A stretch of 64,000 nucleotides of DNA, taken from a virus. Below the pieces are notes generated by a model. It was not told the origin of the DNA, ran no database searches, and saw nothing but the letters and a program-made list of their open reading frames with translations. The stretch spans positions 30,210 to 94,209 of the IMG/VR virus record IMGVR_UViG_3300022932_000015. One strand, given 5' to 3'. This document shows, piece by piece, positions 1 through 10,404 of this stretch. Both the position numbers and the translations under genes were made by a program. The first letter of the stretch is position 1; each line of letters begins with the position of its first letter.

Positions 1-696
1 ATCTAAGGCAATCTCAAAATCTTTATAATAATCATAATAGGCTTGTAGAACTTTAACATAATTAGGAACCCACAATTCTAAATCAGGAGCTAGGACATTC
101 GGTTTAAAGAGCTGTTCAACATATTTTTCACCTTTGCCTTTTAATCCAATCAATCCATCTCCTGGTTGACCACATATCATATCAGACCAGAAAGCTGTAT
201 CTGCTTCACCAGTATTTACAGTTACCCATTCATTTTTCTTCCAATTGTAATGTGTACCTTCTAGAGACAATAAATCTTTATCAATTGCAGTAATAAAACT
301 ATCTTTTATATTTAATCTTGTGATATTGACAGCATCATCCACTTCCAAACCATTAACTTCCACAGCCTTCCACCGCTGAATCATAGATTGTTTAGTAAAT
401 TCCCAGAACTTAGGCTGCTTAGCATTTCTATTAGATTTATATAAAGGATTGATGGATAGTCTATTTATTATGGTATTCTTACCTTTTACAAAACCTATAT
501 AATCAGTAAATCCACCAGAAGACAAAATATTATCCATAAGAGAATCCAAAGAAGCTTCTATTTGTCTTTCTGACTTATCCTGATAAACAAATTTATTATT
601 CTCTCTGAGTGGATTTCCATTAGCATCTAATACTTTATTTGGATGGAAAGCTATATAAGCTATACTATCACAATCTATAATAGCTATCTTACCCAT
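1..696 (-). CDS. 5'-3' exonuclease / phage RNase H (T7 gp6-like), runs off the window edge
   Basis: Own translation from ATG at 696: MGKIAIIDCDSIAY...YKSNR...LEVDD...IDKDL...GQPGDGLIGLKGKG; PIN/FEN acidic motifs and H3TH; open to position 1. Confidence 0.85.
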   Translation of the reverse strand, partial: MGKIAIIDCDSIAYIAFHPNKVLDANGNPLRENNKFVYQDKSERQIEASLDSLMDNILSSGGFTDYIGFVKGKNTIINRLSINPLYKSNRNAKQPKFWEFTKQSMIQRWKAVEVNGLEVDDAVNITRLNIKDSFITAIDKDLLSLEGTHYNWKKNEWVTVNTGEADTAFWSDMICGQPGDGLIGLKGKGEKYVEQLFKPNVLAPDLELWVPNYVKVLQAYYDYYKDFEIALD

Positions 697-859
697 TTTT
701 ACTAATAAATTTAATTAAATCTTCAATATTTTTACTCTTTATGACGTCTTCACTACTAAGAGTACCATTAAGATACTCTGTAGATTTATCTCTTTTTACT
801 GCATTCCAATAGCCTGTATGAGGATTAAAATGCAAATAATAACTATATAAGTTTTCCAT
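689..859 (-). CDS. hypothetical protein (56 aa)
   Basis: Own translation MENLYSYYLHFNPHTGYWNAV...; fills the gap between co-oriented genes. Confidence 0.6.
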   Translation of the reverse strand: MENLYSYYLHFNPHTGYWNAVKRDKSTEYLNGTLSSEDVIKSKNIEDLIKFISKNG

Positions 860-860
860 G

Positions 861-1307
861 TTATTTAAATTGTTTCAATTTATAGATATAATTTGTATCA
901 GAAGCATATTTAACATCAACTAAAAACTTATAATAATCCCCTCCTTTATAATTTATATTTTGAAAGTGAGCATAATGAATTAAAGATTCTCTCCAATTAG
1001 CATAATGTCTAATACTATTACCTTTCATAAAACCAAAGAGATTATTGTGATTTCTAAAAGCTGAAGAGGTATAATTACCAGTTTCCAATTTAGATTGTGC
1101 TATTACAATGTTAGGACATTCTATTTCTAGTATATCCATCAACTTATTAAAGTTATCTTCATTGAATTCTTCTAGACAAAGAGTATCTTTTTTATTAATT
1201 TTATTATCTTTGGGAGGGGTACTATTGAAACAAGCTACCAACACCCAAGCATAAAATACAGATATAGCCAATCCAAAACATGCTACTATTAAAATATTTT
1301 TATTCAT
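861..1307 (-). CDS. GH73 glucosaminidase (FlgJ-like) peptidoglycan hydrolase with N-terminal membrane anchor
   Basis: AQSKLETG, NNLFG and YASDxxY motifs; hydrophobic N-terminus. Confidence 0.8.
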   Translation of the reverse strand: MNKNILIVACFGLAISVFYAWVLVACFNSTPPKDNKINKKDTLCLEEFNEDNFNKLMDILEIECPNIVIAQSKLETGNYTSSAFRNHNNLFGFMKGNSIRHYANWRESLIHYAHFQNINYKGGDYYKFLVDVKYASDTNYIYKLKQFK

Positions 1308-1584
1308 CTTTCTTTTCTTTAGGTAATTCTATTAAACTTAATGCTTTGAGAATACCACTTTCTAAGGCAGCTTCGTAACTTCCATAATTTACCTCATCTA
1401 TGTAGATTTCTTGAATATAAAATCTAAAGATCTTAGTAGACTGAAAGTTTACAACAAATAGGTTTATTTTAAAGATTTCTCTTAAAGCTTTTTGTACTAA
1501 TCCTTGAGAAACATTATCAAATAATTCAAAACCCTTCTCAACAGCAAGTTTGTACGTTTCAGGCTTTATTAATTCCTCTGTCAT
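1300..1584 (-). CDS. hypothetical protein, paralogue of 17801..18235
   Basis: LAVEKGF...SYEAALESGILKALSLI resembles IAKEKRF...YYEAFNKAIEEAFKLI. Confidence 0.6.
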   Translation of the reverse strand: MTEELIKPETYKLAVEKGFELFDNVSQGLVQKALREIFKINLFVVNFQSTKIFRFYIQEIYIDEVNYGSYEAALESGILKALSLIELPKEKKDE

Positions 1585-1585
1585 A

Positions 1586-2008
1586 TTATTCTTTATCAGG
1601 TTCAGATGATACAGACTTTAAACTAGCATAGTATTCTGTTTCCAATTGATTAATATTTCCAATTTTATTAAATACTTTATTAGCGGCTTCAGTGAATTCT
1701 TTCATCTTAGATTCAGAAAGTTTCTTTAATTCTTCTTCCTTTGCCTTAATTTCTCTTTTAAGAAGAACGTGTTTGTCTAATAATGAAATTAAATCTGCTT
1801 TAATTTCTTTTTCAATGCTTTCTTTTTTTTCTTTCAATAATCCTGTAACTATACTAGCTACAACATCTTTTTTAACTTTCTTTATAGGAAATAAGTTTTC
1901 TTCTCCTCCAACAATTGCAACCAATTTTTTAATAGTTGTATCATAGTTTTTAACTACCTTATCTTCACCACCTTTATTTTCTACCGTATTTTCTGTTTGA
2001 TTTTCCAT
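1586..2008 (-). CDS. hypothetical coiled-coil protein
   Basis: ORF track; tight operon packing. Confidence 0.6.
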   Translation of the reverse strand: MENQTENTVENKGGEDKVVKNYDTTIKKLVAIVGGEENLFPIKKVKKDVVASIVTGLLKEKKESIEKEIKADLISLLDKHVLLKREIKAKEEELKKLSESKMKEFTEAANKVFNKIGNINQLETEYYASLKSVSSEPDKE

Positions 2009-2009
2009 A

Positions 2010-2390
2010 TTAAAATTTTATATTTTCTATTGTTTTAAAATTAATTGTATTTATTGATAGGTTTGAGAGTATTGTTAACTTAAGTGATGTGAAATCTATT
2101 TTACTAAAGTAATTTTCAAAGATTTCAATGGTACCATCATTATCGTAGTAGTTATTGGTAGTAATACTGTTGATTTGTCCATCAACTATTTGTATTCTAA
2201 GCGCTTTTAAAAGCATTTTTTGTTGTCTCCAATTTCCAGCATACCCCTTAAGTCTGTTAAATAAAACTCCTCTAACTTCGGTTTCAGTTACTAAAAAATC
2301 TCTTTTAGCTTCAGTCCACCTATATAAGACTTCATTACATTCTTTTATGATGGTCTCTATCATAAATTTACTGATTTGTTGATGGTCCAT
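2010..2390 (-). CDS. hypothetical protein
   Basis: ORF track; operon packing. Confidence 0.55.
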   Translation of the reverse strand: MDHQQISKFMIETIIKECNEVLYRWTEAKRDFLVTETEVRGVLFNRLKGYAGNWRQQKMLLKALRIQIVDGQINSITTNNYYDNDGTIEIFENYFSKIDFTSLKLTILSNLSINTINFKTIENIKF

Positions 2391-2898
2391 AGTATTTGCT
2401 TTTTATCATTTCTACGCATTTTAAGACATTTTTTTGATCATTAGGTTCAAAGAAATCTACTACAAATCCATTTTTAGTAAGATATTGTTTAAACATCTTC
2501 CTTTTGATTGGATAAGAGTCATTTCCCCAACCTTTACATTCAATAATCCAGCCTGTTTTGGTTTTTTTATCAACACAAACAAAATCAGGTGTATAAGTCA
2601 TAGGTCTAATTTTATTAGTTACTTCTCCTAAAACTACCTGTTTTTTCTTAGTATCTTTTACAGTTTTAAGATGAGCTTCAACAGCAACTCCAGAGAAAAC
2701 AAAAGCTTCTATTAGAGTTATTGTCCAAGACTCTCTACCAAAATCATGAATATTGTTAGATTTCAAAGCTTTATATGTAAATAATTCAAGATTTGAATCA
2801 AAGCTCAAGCCATCAAACATTGATTTTTTAGCATTTTTGACTTTGGAACCATCCATAGTCTTTATAACCTTTTTTCTAATTATCCTCTTTTTCTTCAC
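2368..2898 (-). CDS. PD-(D/E)XK nuclease, T7 endonuclease I / DUF1064-like resolvase
   Basis: FDSxLE, YTPDF, IECKG motifs. Confidence 0.75.
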   Translation of the reverse strand: MKKKRIIRKKVIKTMDGSKVKNAKKSMFDGLSFDSNLELFTYKALKSNNIHDFGRESWTITLIEAFVFSGVAVEAHLKTVKDTKKKQVVLGEVTNKIRPMTYTPDFVCVDKKTKTGWIIECKGWGNDSYPIKRKMFKQYLTKNGFVVDFFEPNDQKNVLKCVEMIKSKYYGPSTNQ

Positions 2899-3307
2899 GA
2901 GCTTTAATTTTAAGTATATTGTTAAATTTAGTAATATACTTAAATCCCAACATGTAGAAATCTATTGTACTATCTACTAATATAGAGTAGGCATTTGTCT
3001 GTACATTAATTTCATTGACATCTTCTTGATTATTCTCAAAGTGTATATCAATGTTTAGATCTTTTATTGTTTGAATTTTATCAACTATCGTACCTACAAT
3101 TATAGTATGTCCTGCATCTAAATTATATTGTTTAGCAATTGCATTAATATAGACACTACTACTATTTGCAGTAATAAGATATAATTCTATATTAAACTTT
3201 TCGCAAGTCTCACAGGGATCATCATATGATAATCTTTTTAGAAAGTCTCTAAATTCCTGTCTATTATAGCTTTTAGTTGGTTCAAAACTAACTTTTAATT
3301 TCTCCAT
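2876..3307 (-). CDS. hypothetical protein, possibly a degenerate HAD fold
   Basis: Likely start MEKLKVSF at 3307; KVSFE...LITA...DIHFENN resembles HAD motifs without the catalytic Asp. Confidence 0.4.
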   Translation of the reverse strand: MEKLKVSFEPTKSYNRQEFRDFLKRLSYDDPCETCEKFNIELYLITANSSSVYINAIAKQYNLDAGHTIIVGTIVDKIQTIKDLNIDIHFENNQEDVNEINVQTNAYSILVDSTIDFYMLGFKYITKFNNILKIKAREEKEDN

Positions 3308-3755
3308 TATTTCTATATTTAAATAATAATCCACTACTATTGGACTCTGCTGCTTTATTAACACTCTTAGTTAATTGACTGTATATTGTCCCTTTAGGGA
3401 TATTACATAAATTACTAGCAATATTTAATCCATTAAAAGAAGCTACTAACTCATTGTCTAGGTTATAAACGTCTATTACAGTATTTGAAGGTTTTAGGAA
3501 AGGATTTCCTATTCTTTTTTTAATGTCTCTAATACCTTCTCTTCCTATTCTTGCTTTTGTTAGAAACGTATTATCAGGTAATACTATATAATCTTTTCTG
3601 TAAATTTTTTCTTTAGTATAAGATATAAATAAAGGACGTTTACCCTTTATATGTGAAAAGTATTTACCTAATACTTCTGCATTACTATCATATACTTTTA
3701 TAAATTTACCAGAACTATCGTATTGGTAACATTTTTGTTTTGGTCTTCCACTCAT
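3288..3755 (-). CDS. NUMOD1-repeat DNA-binding protein (homing-endonuclease-derived)
   Basis: Two NUMOD1-like units, CYQYDSSGKFIKVYDS and DVYNLDNELVASFNG; no nuclease motif seen. Confidence 0.65.
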   Translation of the reverse strand: MSGRPKQKCYQYDSSGKFIKVYDSNAEVLGKYFSHIKGKRPLFISYTKEKIYRKDYIVLPDNTFLTKARIGREGIRDIKKRIGNPFLKPSNTVIDVYNLDNELVASFNGLNIASNLCNIPKGTIYSQLTKSVNKAAESNSSGLLFKYRNNGEIKS

Positions 3756-4747
3756 ATTTTCTGTTTTAAATATTGTTCAACTTTTTCAATACCTTCATTC
3801 TTTATTTTGTCACTAAGATCTTTAGCTTCATCAATATAGAAATAGTCTATATTAAAGTTTTCCACCATATTCTTAGTAGCATTTTTACCTTCATCATCAT
3901 TATCAAAATTACAAATTACTTTCTTAAATCTACATTTAAGTTCATTAAAAATTTCTATGTCTAATTTATTACTTTCTGCTTGTAAAGCTACTGCATTATA
4001 ACCTAGAGTATAATAACACATTACATCCTTTAGTGCTTTTGTTATTATTAACAAATCTCCAGTATCAGGAAGTTGGCTAAATCCTTGGAGAGTTCTACTA
4101 TCAACATTGCTAAACCATCTAGGATTAGGTTTTATAGTCAAAGGCATATATATTTTATATAGCCCTGATTTAAACTCATAAGCATAAATTGGGTTTGCTC
4201 TTGAATACTCTAGTACATAGTGTGTGTTGCCTTTGTTTATAAAAACATGAGTACAGCTATGTACATTATATTTGTTTAAGGTTTCAAAATCTATTCCATA
4301 TTGATTCCAATATTCAAAATCAGCTAAAGTGAAATTTTTAGTAACTATATTTATATTAGTCAGTTTCTTTACATACTTTGGTCTTTCAGCTTCTAATGCA
4401 TTTGATATTAGAAGTTTTGGATCCATGTTAAGTCTTATCTTTTTTAAGCCAAAGTCATTAGCTACAATATTTAATACTTCATGCATACTATTGCATGAGT
4501 ATTTGTATTTTACATAATCAAAAGGATGGAAATAATCTCCATTACCATAGTCTTTGTAATAAAGACCTCCTGAGGCACTTTGAAGTACTCTACAGGAGGC
4601 TTTAGTATCATTATAAAACTCTGATAAAAATGATCTATCTATCTCTTCAAAATTAGAACAATACTTTTTAAATATATCGTAATCTGAAACTCTTAGCTTA
4701 ATTTCATCTAGCGTTATAGGAATATAAGCATCACTAAAATTAAACAT
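3752..4747 (-). CDS. dnaG: DNA primase (DnaG/TOPRIM type)
   Basis: IITKALKDVM, FDNDDEG and KDLSD TOPRIM motifs; N-terminal YKDYGNG region. Confidence 0.85.
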   Translation of the reverse strand: MFNFSDAYIPITLDEIKLRVSDYDIFKKYCSNFEEIDRSFLSEFYNDTKASCRVLQSASGGLYYKDYGNGDYFHPFDYVKYKYSCNSMHEVLNIVANDFGLKKIRLNMDPKLLISNALEAERPKYVKKLTNINIVTKNFTLADFEYWNQYGIDFETLNKYNVHSCTHVFINKGNTHYVLEYSRANPIYAYEFKSGLYKIYMPLTIKPNPRWFSNVDSRTLQGFSQLPDTGDLLIITKALKDVMCYYTLGYNAVALQAESNKLDIEIFNELKCRFKKVICNFDNDDEGKNATKNMVENFNIDYFYIDEAKDLSDKIKNEGIEKVEQYLKQKI

Positions 4748-4766
4748 AGATAGATATTAGTTAGTC

Positions 4767-5330
4767 CTAGAATGGTAATCCAGATCCAGTATTAGCAGTT
4801 GCTACTGGTAGTCTTTTTATATTTTTTTCAGGACTGAAATATAATTTAGTTTCATTTGAAGGTACTTTTACTGATTCAGCAAAAACACCTAGACCAAAAG
4901 TACTAACAATATATCTGTTTCCAGAAGTTGCTAATTTCTCTTCTCCAACAACTTTCAATTTAAATTCTCTACCAACGCAAAGAGCTGATAATTTAGCTGC
5001 TAAATCTTCAGCAGATTTTGCTTCTGGGATTTTAGCTTTTGCAGCAGCCTCTTCTAAGGAATGAGAAGCAGCTACTATTGCTAAAATAGCATTTCTACTC
5101 ATTTCCCAAGCAGTTTTCTGACTTCCAGCGCTTAATACTGTGTTTAAATAATAGCGATTAGATAATTTGTATCCATTATCATCTATTACAGTAAACTCAA
5201 TAAAAGGAGTTTGTTTTAATTCACTTAAACCATTAGTAACTGATTCTATTTTTACATTATGAATTCCTGGTTGGATTGTTGGGGTCGAGCCTCCTTTATT
5301 AATTTCTGCGTCATTAAAATTAAATTCCAT
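4767..5330 (-). CDS. single-stranded DNA-binding protein (DUF669-like OB fold)
   Basis: IQPGIHNVKI start and C-terminal LPF tail; lies between Sak4-like ATPase and primase. Confidence 0.7.
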   Translation of the reverse strand: MEFNFNDAEINKGGSTPTIQPGIHNVKIESVTNGLSELKQTPFIEFTVIDDNGYKLSNRYYLNTVLSAGSQKTAWEMSRNAILAIVAASHSLEEAAAKAKIPEAKSAEDLAAKLSALCVGREFKLKVVGEEKLATSGNRYIVSTFGLGVFAESVKVPSNETKLYFSPEKNIKRLPVATANTGSGLPF

Positions 5331-5399
5331 GATTTACTTTTAGTTGTTATTAATTAATATCTTTTAGATACTTGTTTTTATAGATACATTTTTAAGACA

Positions 5400-6041
5400 T
5401 TATTTAACAAATTCTAGTATTTTATCAAAAATAAATTTATTGTCATTATCTATTGTTTGTACATCTTCACCGAAGATGTCTGGTGGACATTTAGCAGAAG
5501 TTCCTTCTCCTACTAAGCTATAATAATATTCAGGTTTCCCCTTATCATTAAACTTTTTGTCACCATATAATACTATGGTAAACTCTTTTTCACACGTTGA
5601 TTCAAATTCTTTTCCTTTTACCTTCAATCTTTTTTCCATATTTCCTTCTATTCCTAAGATCTCATAATGTCCAGTAACAAAAACTTCTTTTTGTATACCT
5701 TTAACATATTGAAAAAATCTCCCAACTTCTTCATTATACATATTCCATATATCAAATCCTTTTTTACTCCTACGACACTCCGCCAACAAAAGATCAATAT
5801 ATGCACTAAAACTATCAATAATTATACAATCTATTTCAGTATTTTTTGCATATTCTGCCATGCAGTCTAAGACCTCAATATAGCTATTGGGTCTCTTATG
5901 ATATTTAAATTTATTTTTAAAAGGTAGAGGCTTATTCTCGACATTAATAAATCCTGTAGTATCAGGATTCATATTTCTATTTGAATAAGTTTTACCACTT
6001 CCAGATTGAGATATCTCTAAAATCTTATAATAATCTCTCAT
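5400..6041 (-). CDS. Sak4-like AAA ATPase (AAA_24) recombination/annealing protein
   Basis: Walker A SGSGKT, Walker B IIIDS, VTGH, SAKCP. Confidence 0.8.
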   Translation of the reverse strand: MRDYYKILEISQSGSGKTYSNRNMNPDTTGFINVENKPLPFKNKFKYHKRPNSYIEVLDCMAEYAKNTEIDCIIIDSFSAYIDLLLAECRRSKKGFDIWNMYNEEVGRFFQYVKGIQKEVFVTGHYEILGIEGNMEKRLKVKGKEFESTCEKEFTIVLYGDKKFNDKGKPEYYYSLVGEGTSAKCPPDIFGEDVQTIDNDNKFIFDKILEFVK

Positions 6042-6042
6042 A

Positions 6043-7104
6043 TTAGATTTTTAAGGAATTGAATGTTTGTTCATTCATTTCATTAGGTAAAGGCAGTTCC
6101 TCAAAGTAACCTGCTTGAGGCTTAAATAACAATCCAATAGCAATATTATCTCTAGATAATCTATTTTTTATAATTTTTAACATTCTAAATGATCCTTTTA
6201 AATTAAAAGGAAATCCTTCAACATTAATATTATAACCAATACAAGTATCCATGTCCATCTTATAGGCATTCATGAGTCCTAATACAATATCAGCATCTTG
6301 ATATGGAGTAGTAGAGTCTTTGAAATCAGTTTGTTGAGGAGATATATCTACACCCTTAAACTTCTGTCTTTCAACACTACTTAATCCTTGATTAAACTGC
6401 TGAAGATCAAAATGAGTCATACCAAACATATTACGTGTACTAACTTGGTATTCAGAGTATTTATCAAGGTTCTGCTTTAAATCAAAACCTCTTTCTCTTT
6501 TCAAAAGGGCAATATGGTCAGTAATTGTAATGTTGTATTCTTCAGTGTTATGAGGTTTAAACCTAACGATTCTCTGCTTAGAATGCCCATTCTCATCTAC
6601 ATAAGTCTCATATTCAAATTCCCCTCTCTGGGACATAAAATCCCACCATTCTTTATAATTTCCTGTAGGATTTGAGGACTCCCATCTCCACATAATCTTA
6701 GAAAAAATAGCTTCAAGATCTGCTTGCTCACTTTCAACCAATTTTTCTTCATCAGAATTCATCCTTTCATCACCTAATCCCATTATCCTTTCTGGAGGAA
6801 TAATGATATCATATTTATTGTAAATTATCTGAGACATCCAATTAGCCTTCTTTACTTCTTCTCTTATTTCATAGGAGTAGTAAAAAATATTAATTGGTAT
6901 ACCCTTTGCTTTTGCATCTTGTATAGCATTTAATATAATAAAATCCACAAATGTTGTTTTAGCAGCACCTGACATTCCACCTATTAAATATATACATGCC
7001 TTTTGAGTATAGAATAGATACTTATTTATTCTATTTAACCCATTTCTCAAGCCTTGATATTTACCTTCTAATCCTTCCTTTATTCTATTCTTAAATTGTG
7101 TCAA
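6043..7104 (-). CDS. dnaB: DnaB-like replicative helicase
   Basis: GMSGAAKT, YSYE, DHI, QQFN, QDADIV, KNR motifs. Confidence 0.85.
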   Translation of the reverse strand: MTQFKNRIKEGLEGKYQGLRNGLNRINKYLFYTQKACIYLIGGMSGAAKTTFVDFIILNAIQDAKAKGIPINIFYYSYEIREEVKKANWMSQIIYNKYDIIIPPERIMGLGDERMNSDEEKLVESEQADLEAIFSKIMWRWESSNPTGNYKEWWDFMSQRGEFEYETYVDENGHSKQRIVRFKPHNTEEYNITITDHIALLKRERGFDLKQNLDKYSEYQVSTRNMFGMTHFDLQQFNQGLSSVERQKFKGVDISPQQTDFKDSTTPYQDADIVLGLMNAYKMDMDTCIGYNINVEGFPFNLKGSFRMLKIIKNRLSRDNIAIGLLFKPQAGYFEELPLPNEMNEQTFNSLKI

Positions 7105-7705
7105 AGTTAGTTTTTGTAACTACTGTTAGATCTATATTTTCATTAGCTTCATCTAAATACTGTTCCCAGTTTCTTTGTTGTAAAAAAGTAGCAAATGCGG
7201 CTAAAAAAGGTAAGTCATTTGCTTTCTGTTTCTCTAAATAATATAGTTTAACACATCTTATAATTTTAGTATGTAATTCTAAATTTATAATACCATTTTT
7301 AATAATAGTAGATTTATAGAGCTTAATACATCTTTGTAAATCTCCATGTAATCTTCTAATACCCCCAGTCTTTGTAGGAACTTTGGAAGGATAAGTATTT
7401 TTCAATTCAGAAAATAATTCATTAAATTCTACATTGTTATTTCTTATTACATCAAATAGAGAATTTCCTAATGGCGTTAATTTTATAGAGTCAAAGCTAA
7501 TATCTATTATATTATCTACAATGATAAATCCTTTCTCATGTAATTTTGAAAAGATACCTGTCTCTATTCTTCCACAATTACTTGTATATTCCACTATTAA
7601 TCTTTCTTTATTTTCATGTAGACAAGCTAATACAAAAAATTCTTCCAGTTTTAGCTTATGTTTAATCGCTATCTCAAAATCAATATTTAATTTAAAATCT
7701 TCCAT
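7091..7705 (-). CDS. putative replication initiator / helicase loader
   Basis: N-terminal wHTH-like region, YPSK...ATFLQQRNWE; directly upstream of dnaB. Confidence 0.5.
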   Translation of the reverse strand: MEDFKLNIDFEIAIKHKLKLEEFFVLACLHENKERLIVEYTSNCGRIETGIFSKLHEKGFIIVDNIIDISFDSIKLTPLGNSLFDVIRNNNVEFNELFSELKNTYPSKVPTKTGGIRRLHGDLQRCIKLYKSTIIKNGIINLELHTKIIRCVKLYYLEKQKANDLPFLAAFATFLQQRNWEQYLDEANENIDLTVVTKTNFDTI

Positions 7706-8788
7706 CTAATTTAGATAAGATATTTTTGTCTGATCAAAGCCCTCTAAAGCAGATTTAACCCATTGTTCGTCTATAGTGTTTTCATAACATAATATATGAA
7801 TAGTTGAACTATCATCAACACCAAGTCTTAAAAATCTTCCTATTTTTTGAGAACTTTGAACTTCATTACTATAAGCATGTAAGATTATGCCAACTCTTAA
7901 ATTAGGTATATTAACTCCTTCATTTAATTGTTGAACAGTAGCTAACGTGTTTATAGCATCATCTTTAAACAGCTGTAGATTTCCTAAGGAATCCTTGTTT
8001 TTTGAATGATAAGTATGATAACTTAATCTATCTGCCTGATCTTGAGTATTTGCAAATATTAGACACTTATCAGTTATCTGAGCAAGTAACTTTAAAGTCT
8101 TTAATTCCTTTGACCTAAAAGATTGAAGATTTTTCATTCTCATGATTCTCATCATCCTCAGTTCTACTGCAGTCTTTGCTTTTTCTACTCTTGAACACCA
8201 ATAATCATAAGTACTCTTCTCTGAAGTATACCATACCTTATTATTCTTTTCCACTTTTATAGTTTTTTCAGCATTTAAAGGTAGATAATGAACAATCATT
8301 TTATAATCATTCAAGATCTTGTCAGCAATTGCAGTATCAGTTTTATACTCATAAATTATTGGACAATATGTACTGATCATAATACCCTTCTGAGATTTCA
8401 TAGATTTAGGTGGTGTACCTGTCAATCCCAATATTTTGCCCGAATATTTATTTAAAGACTGTTGATGAGAAAACAACAAATTATGCACCTCATCAAAATA
8501 AATAATATCATATTGACTTAAGTCTTCTTTGTTAAGAGAACGGTAAGTACAATATGATATATTCTCGTTCAAATATTCAACTTTATAGTTTATTATTTCA
8601 TGTTTCCAAGCTTCAAAAATAGATAGGACTTTACCAACTACTAGATATTTAGCATCCTTTCTATAGTTATTAATCATATGTTTAATTCCTAACAAAGTTT
8701 TACCAGTACCCATTGAAGAAGCAACTGTAGCTCTATGTAAAGGATCTAATAAGCCTAATATCTCATCCTGAATACTATCTTTAGTCAT
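7706..8788 (-). CDS. superfamily 2 helicase
   Basis: MGTGKT, DEVH, LTGT, EGVNIP, QKIGRFLR. Confidence 0.9.
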   Translation of the reverse strand: MTKDSIQDEILGLLDPLHRATVASSMGTGKTLLGIKHMINNYRKDAKYLVVGKVLSIFEAWKHEIINYKVEYLNENISYCTYRSLNKEDLSQYDIIYFDEVHNLLFSHQQSLNKYSGKILGLTGTPPKSMKSQKGIMISTYCPIIYEYKTDTAIADKILNDYKMIVHYLPLNAEKTIKVEKNNKVWYTSEKSTYDYWCSRVEKAKTAVELRMMRIMRMKNLQSFRSKELKTLKLLAQITDKCLIFANTQDQADRLSYHTYHSKNKDSLGNLQLFKDDAINTLATVQQLNEGVNIPNLRVGIILHAYSNEVQSSQKIGRFLRLGVDDSSTIHILCYENTIDEQWVKSALEGFDQTKISYLN

Positions 8789-8796
8789 AATTTGTA

Positions 8797-9231
8797 CTAT
8801 TTTACTTTTAAAAATAAATTATTTAACCAGTTATTTAAAACATCTGACGTAGGGTTAATAAGATGAATATATTTCCTAATATCGTTGTCAAGATACCATT
8901 TAACATATCCTTTACTAGTTCTTAGATCTATTCCTAATCCTGAAGCTTTATTCATTAACACTTCTGTTCCTGTATAATATAGCCATATATGTCTACCATT
9001 ATTTTTAGTTGGATATCCAAAATGAGTTTTAAGCTCTTCACTAATATTGCTAGGAATATTACTAAATCCATCTATCTCACCATGTTTATCAATATCCAAT
9101 ATAACATATGGATCATGGGGACAGATTGCCAGTCCATATCCTTCAGGAACATCTCCTTCAAAATATATCTCATCTGGAACCATACTCCATTTAACAGTAG
9201 GTTTTTTGTCTCTTAACAAAAAAGATTTCAT
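8797..9231 (-). CDS. bifunctional primase-polymerase (Prim-Pol) catalytic domain
   Basis: VILDIDKH, TKNNGRHIW, GIDLR motifs. Confidence 0.75.
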   Translation of the reverse strand: MKSFLLRDKKPTVKWSMVPDEIYFEGDVPEGYGLAICPHDPYVILDIDKHGEIDGFSNIPSNISEELKTHFGYPTKNNGRHIWLYYTGTEVLMNKASGLGIDLRTSKGYVKWYLDNDIRKYIHLINPTSDVLNNWLNNLFLKVK

Positions 9232-9482
9232 TAGAATATATATGCTTTTTTTGCTGCTGCAGTAGTCCAGAACTTCTTATATTTTCTATCTTCACAATAT
9301 CTATATAATCTATCTATTTCCTGTCCTAAAAATGAATCGTTAACTATTTCTTTAGACAATTCTTCTTTTAATTTATCTTTACTCAATCCTAAATGTTGAG
9401 CATATCCAATTAGGATCACAATTGATGAGTTTCTTTCACCTTCTTCAAAAGTTATATTATTATCTTCTATGAATTTTCTCAT
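9231..9482 (-). CDS. PriCT-1-like primase C-terminal domain protein
   Basis: EGERNSSI...G motif; adjacent to the Prim-Pol ORF. Confidence 0.5.
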   Translation of the reverse strand: MRKFIEDNNITFEEGERNSSIVILIGYAQHLGLSKDKLKEELSKEIVNDSFLGQEIDRLYRYCEDRKYKKFWTTAAAKKAYIF

Positions 9483-9484
9483 GT

Positions 9485-9667
9485 TTAAATATTTGAATAT
9501 GGGTTAGCTAAAATCCATTGGTTTAATTCTTCTCTAGAACTAAACCCTAAACCCTGAAAATCTCCTTGACCTACTTTACTCCAGGTCTCTTTATTATTAA
9601 GGAGATTATTCTTAGGATCACTTTTCATATTCCGCAACTCATTTAATAAGTTATCAATTTCACTCAT
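9485..9667 (-). CDS. hypothetical protein
   Basis: ORF track; operon packing. Confidence 0.5.
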   Translation of the reverse strand: MSEIDNLLNELRNMKSDPKNNLLNNKETWSKVGQGDFQGLGFSSREELNQWILANPYSNI

Positions 9668-10404
9668 TATATTAATGTTTTTAATGTTAACAATTCTTCA
9701 GGTGTTATTTTTTGGTCTCTCTTCCAAACTTGAAGTATTTTTAGTACTACTTCAAATTGCTCAATAGTATCATTAAAAAACTTACTACCCTTTTCTGTCT
9801 TATAATAATTTTCAGTCTTAATTATCTCTTCAATAATTTCAATATACTTATCTGTAACAGAAGATAAATTATATCCTCTGCCAGTATATTTAATAACTCT
9901 TTCAAACTGTCTGAGTAGTCTTTTTGTACTCCAGAAATCTGCCTTATAAAAGTAAGGATTCCACTTGTTCCAAGTTCCTTCTAAATCGGAAGTCTCTCTT
10001 AGAGAAAGTACTTTACCTGTTTTAATATCATAAGCAGTAGTTATAATGTCTAAGTCAAAGTTAGAAATTACATCAAAACAGTTCTTTTGGTACTGTTTAA
10101 ATATAACATTTACATCAACTAATAGATTATATTTAAATTTAATTGTGATTAATCCTAATTGTTCTAAAGAGGATCTATCGCTATTAATATAATCTTCAAA
10201 TTTATGTTTCTCTAAAGGATCTAGAATGGTAAACATTAGATTATAATGCATGAAAAAAAGTATCTTGTTAAAGCTACTCTTATCATATACAAATAAATCA
10301 ATGTCCTGCCCCTCAAAATAATCTAATAAACAACTTCCTGTAATACAACCATTTATTTCTTGTTTCTTTAAAAGAGTTATTGCATTATTTATTTGTTCTT
10401 TCAT
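9667..10404 (-). CDS. Pol-beta superfamily nucleotidyltransferase
   Basis: ITGS..L...QDIDLF signature plus NFDLDI. Confidence 0.65.
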   Translation of the reverse strand: MKEQINNAITLLKKQEINGCITGSCLLDYFEGQDIDLFVYDKSSFNKILFFMHYNLMFTILDPLEKHKFEDYINSDRSSLEQLGLITIKFKYNLLVDVNVIFKQYQKNCFDVISNFDLDIITTAYDIKTGKVLSLRETSDLEGTWNKWNPYFYKADFWSTKRLLRQFERVIKYTGRGYNLSSVTDKYIEIIEEIIKTENYYKTEKGSKFFNDTIEQFEVVLKILQVWKRDQKITPEELLTLKTLI

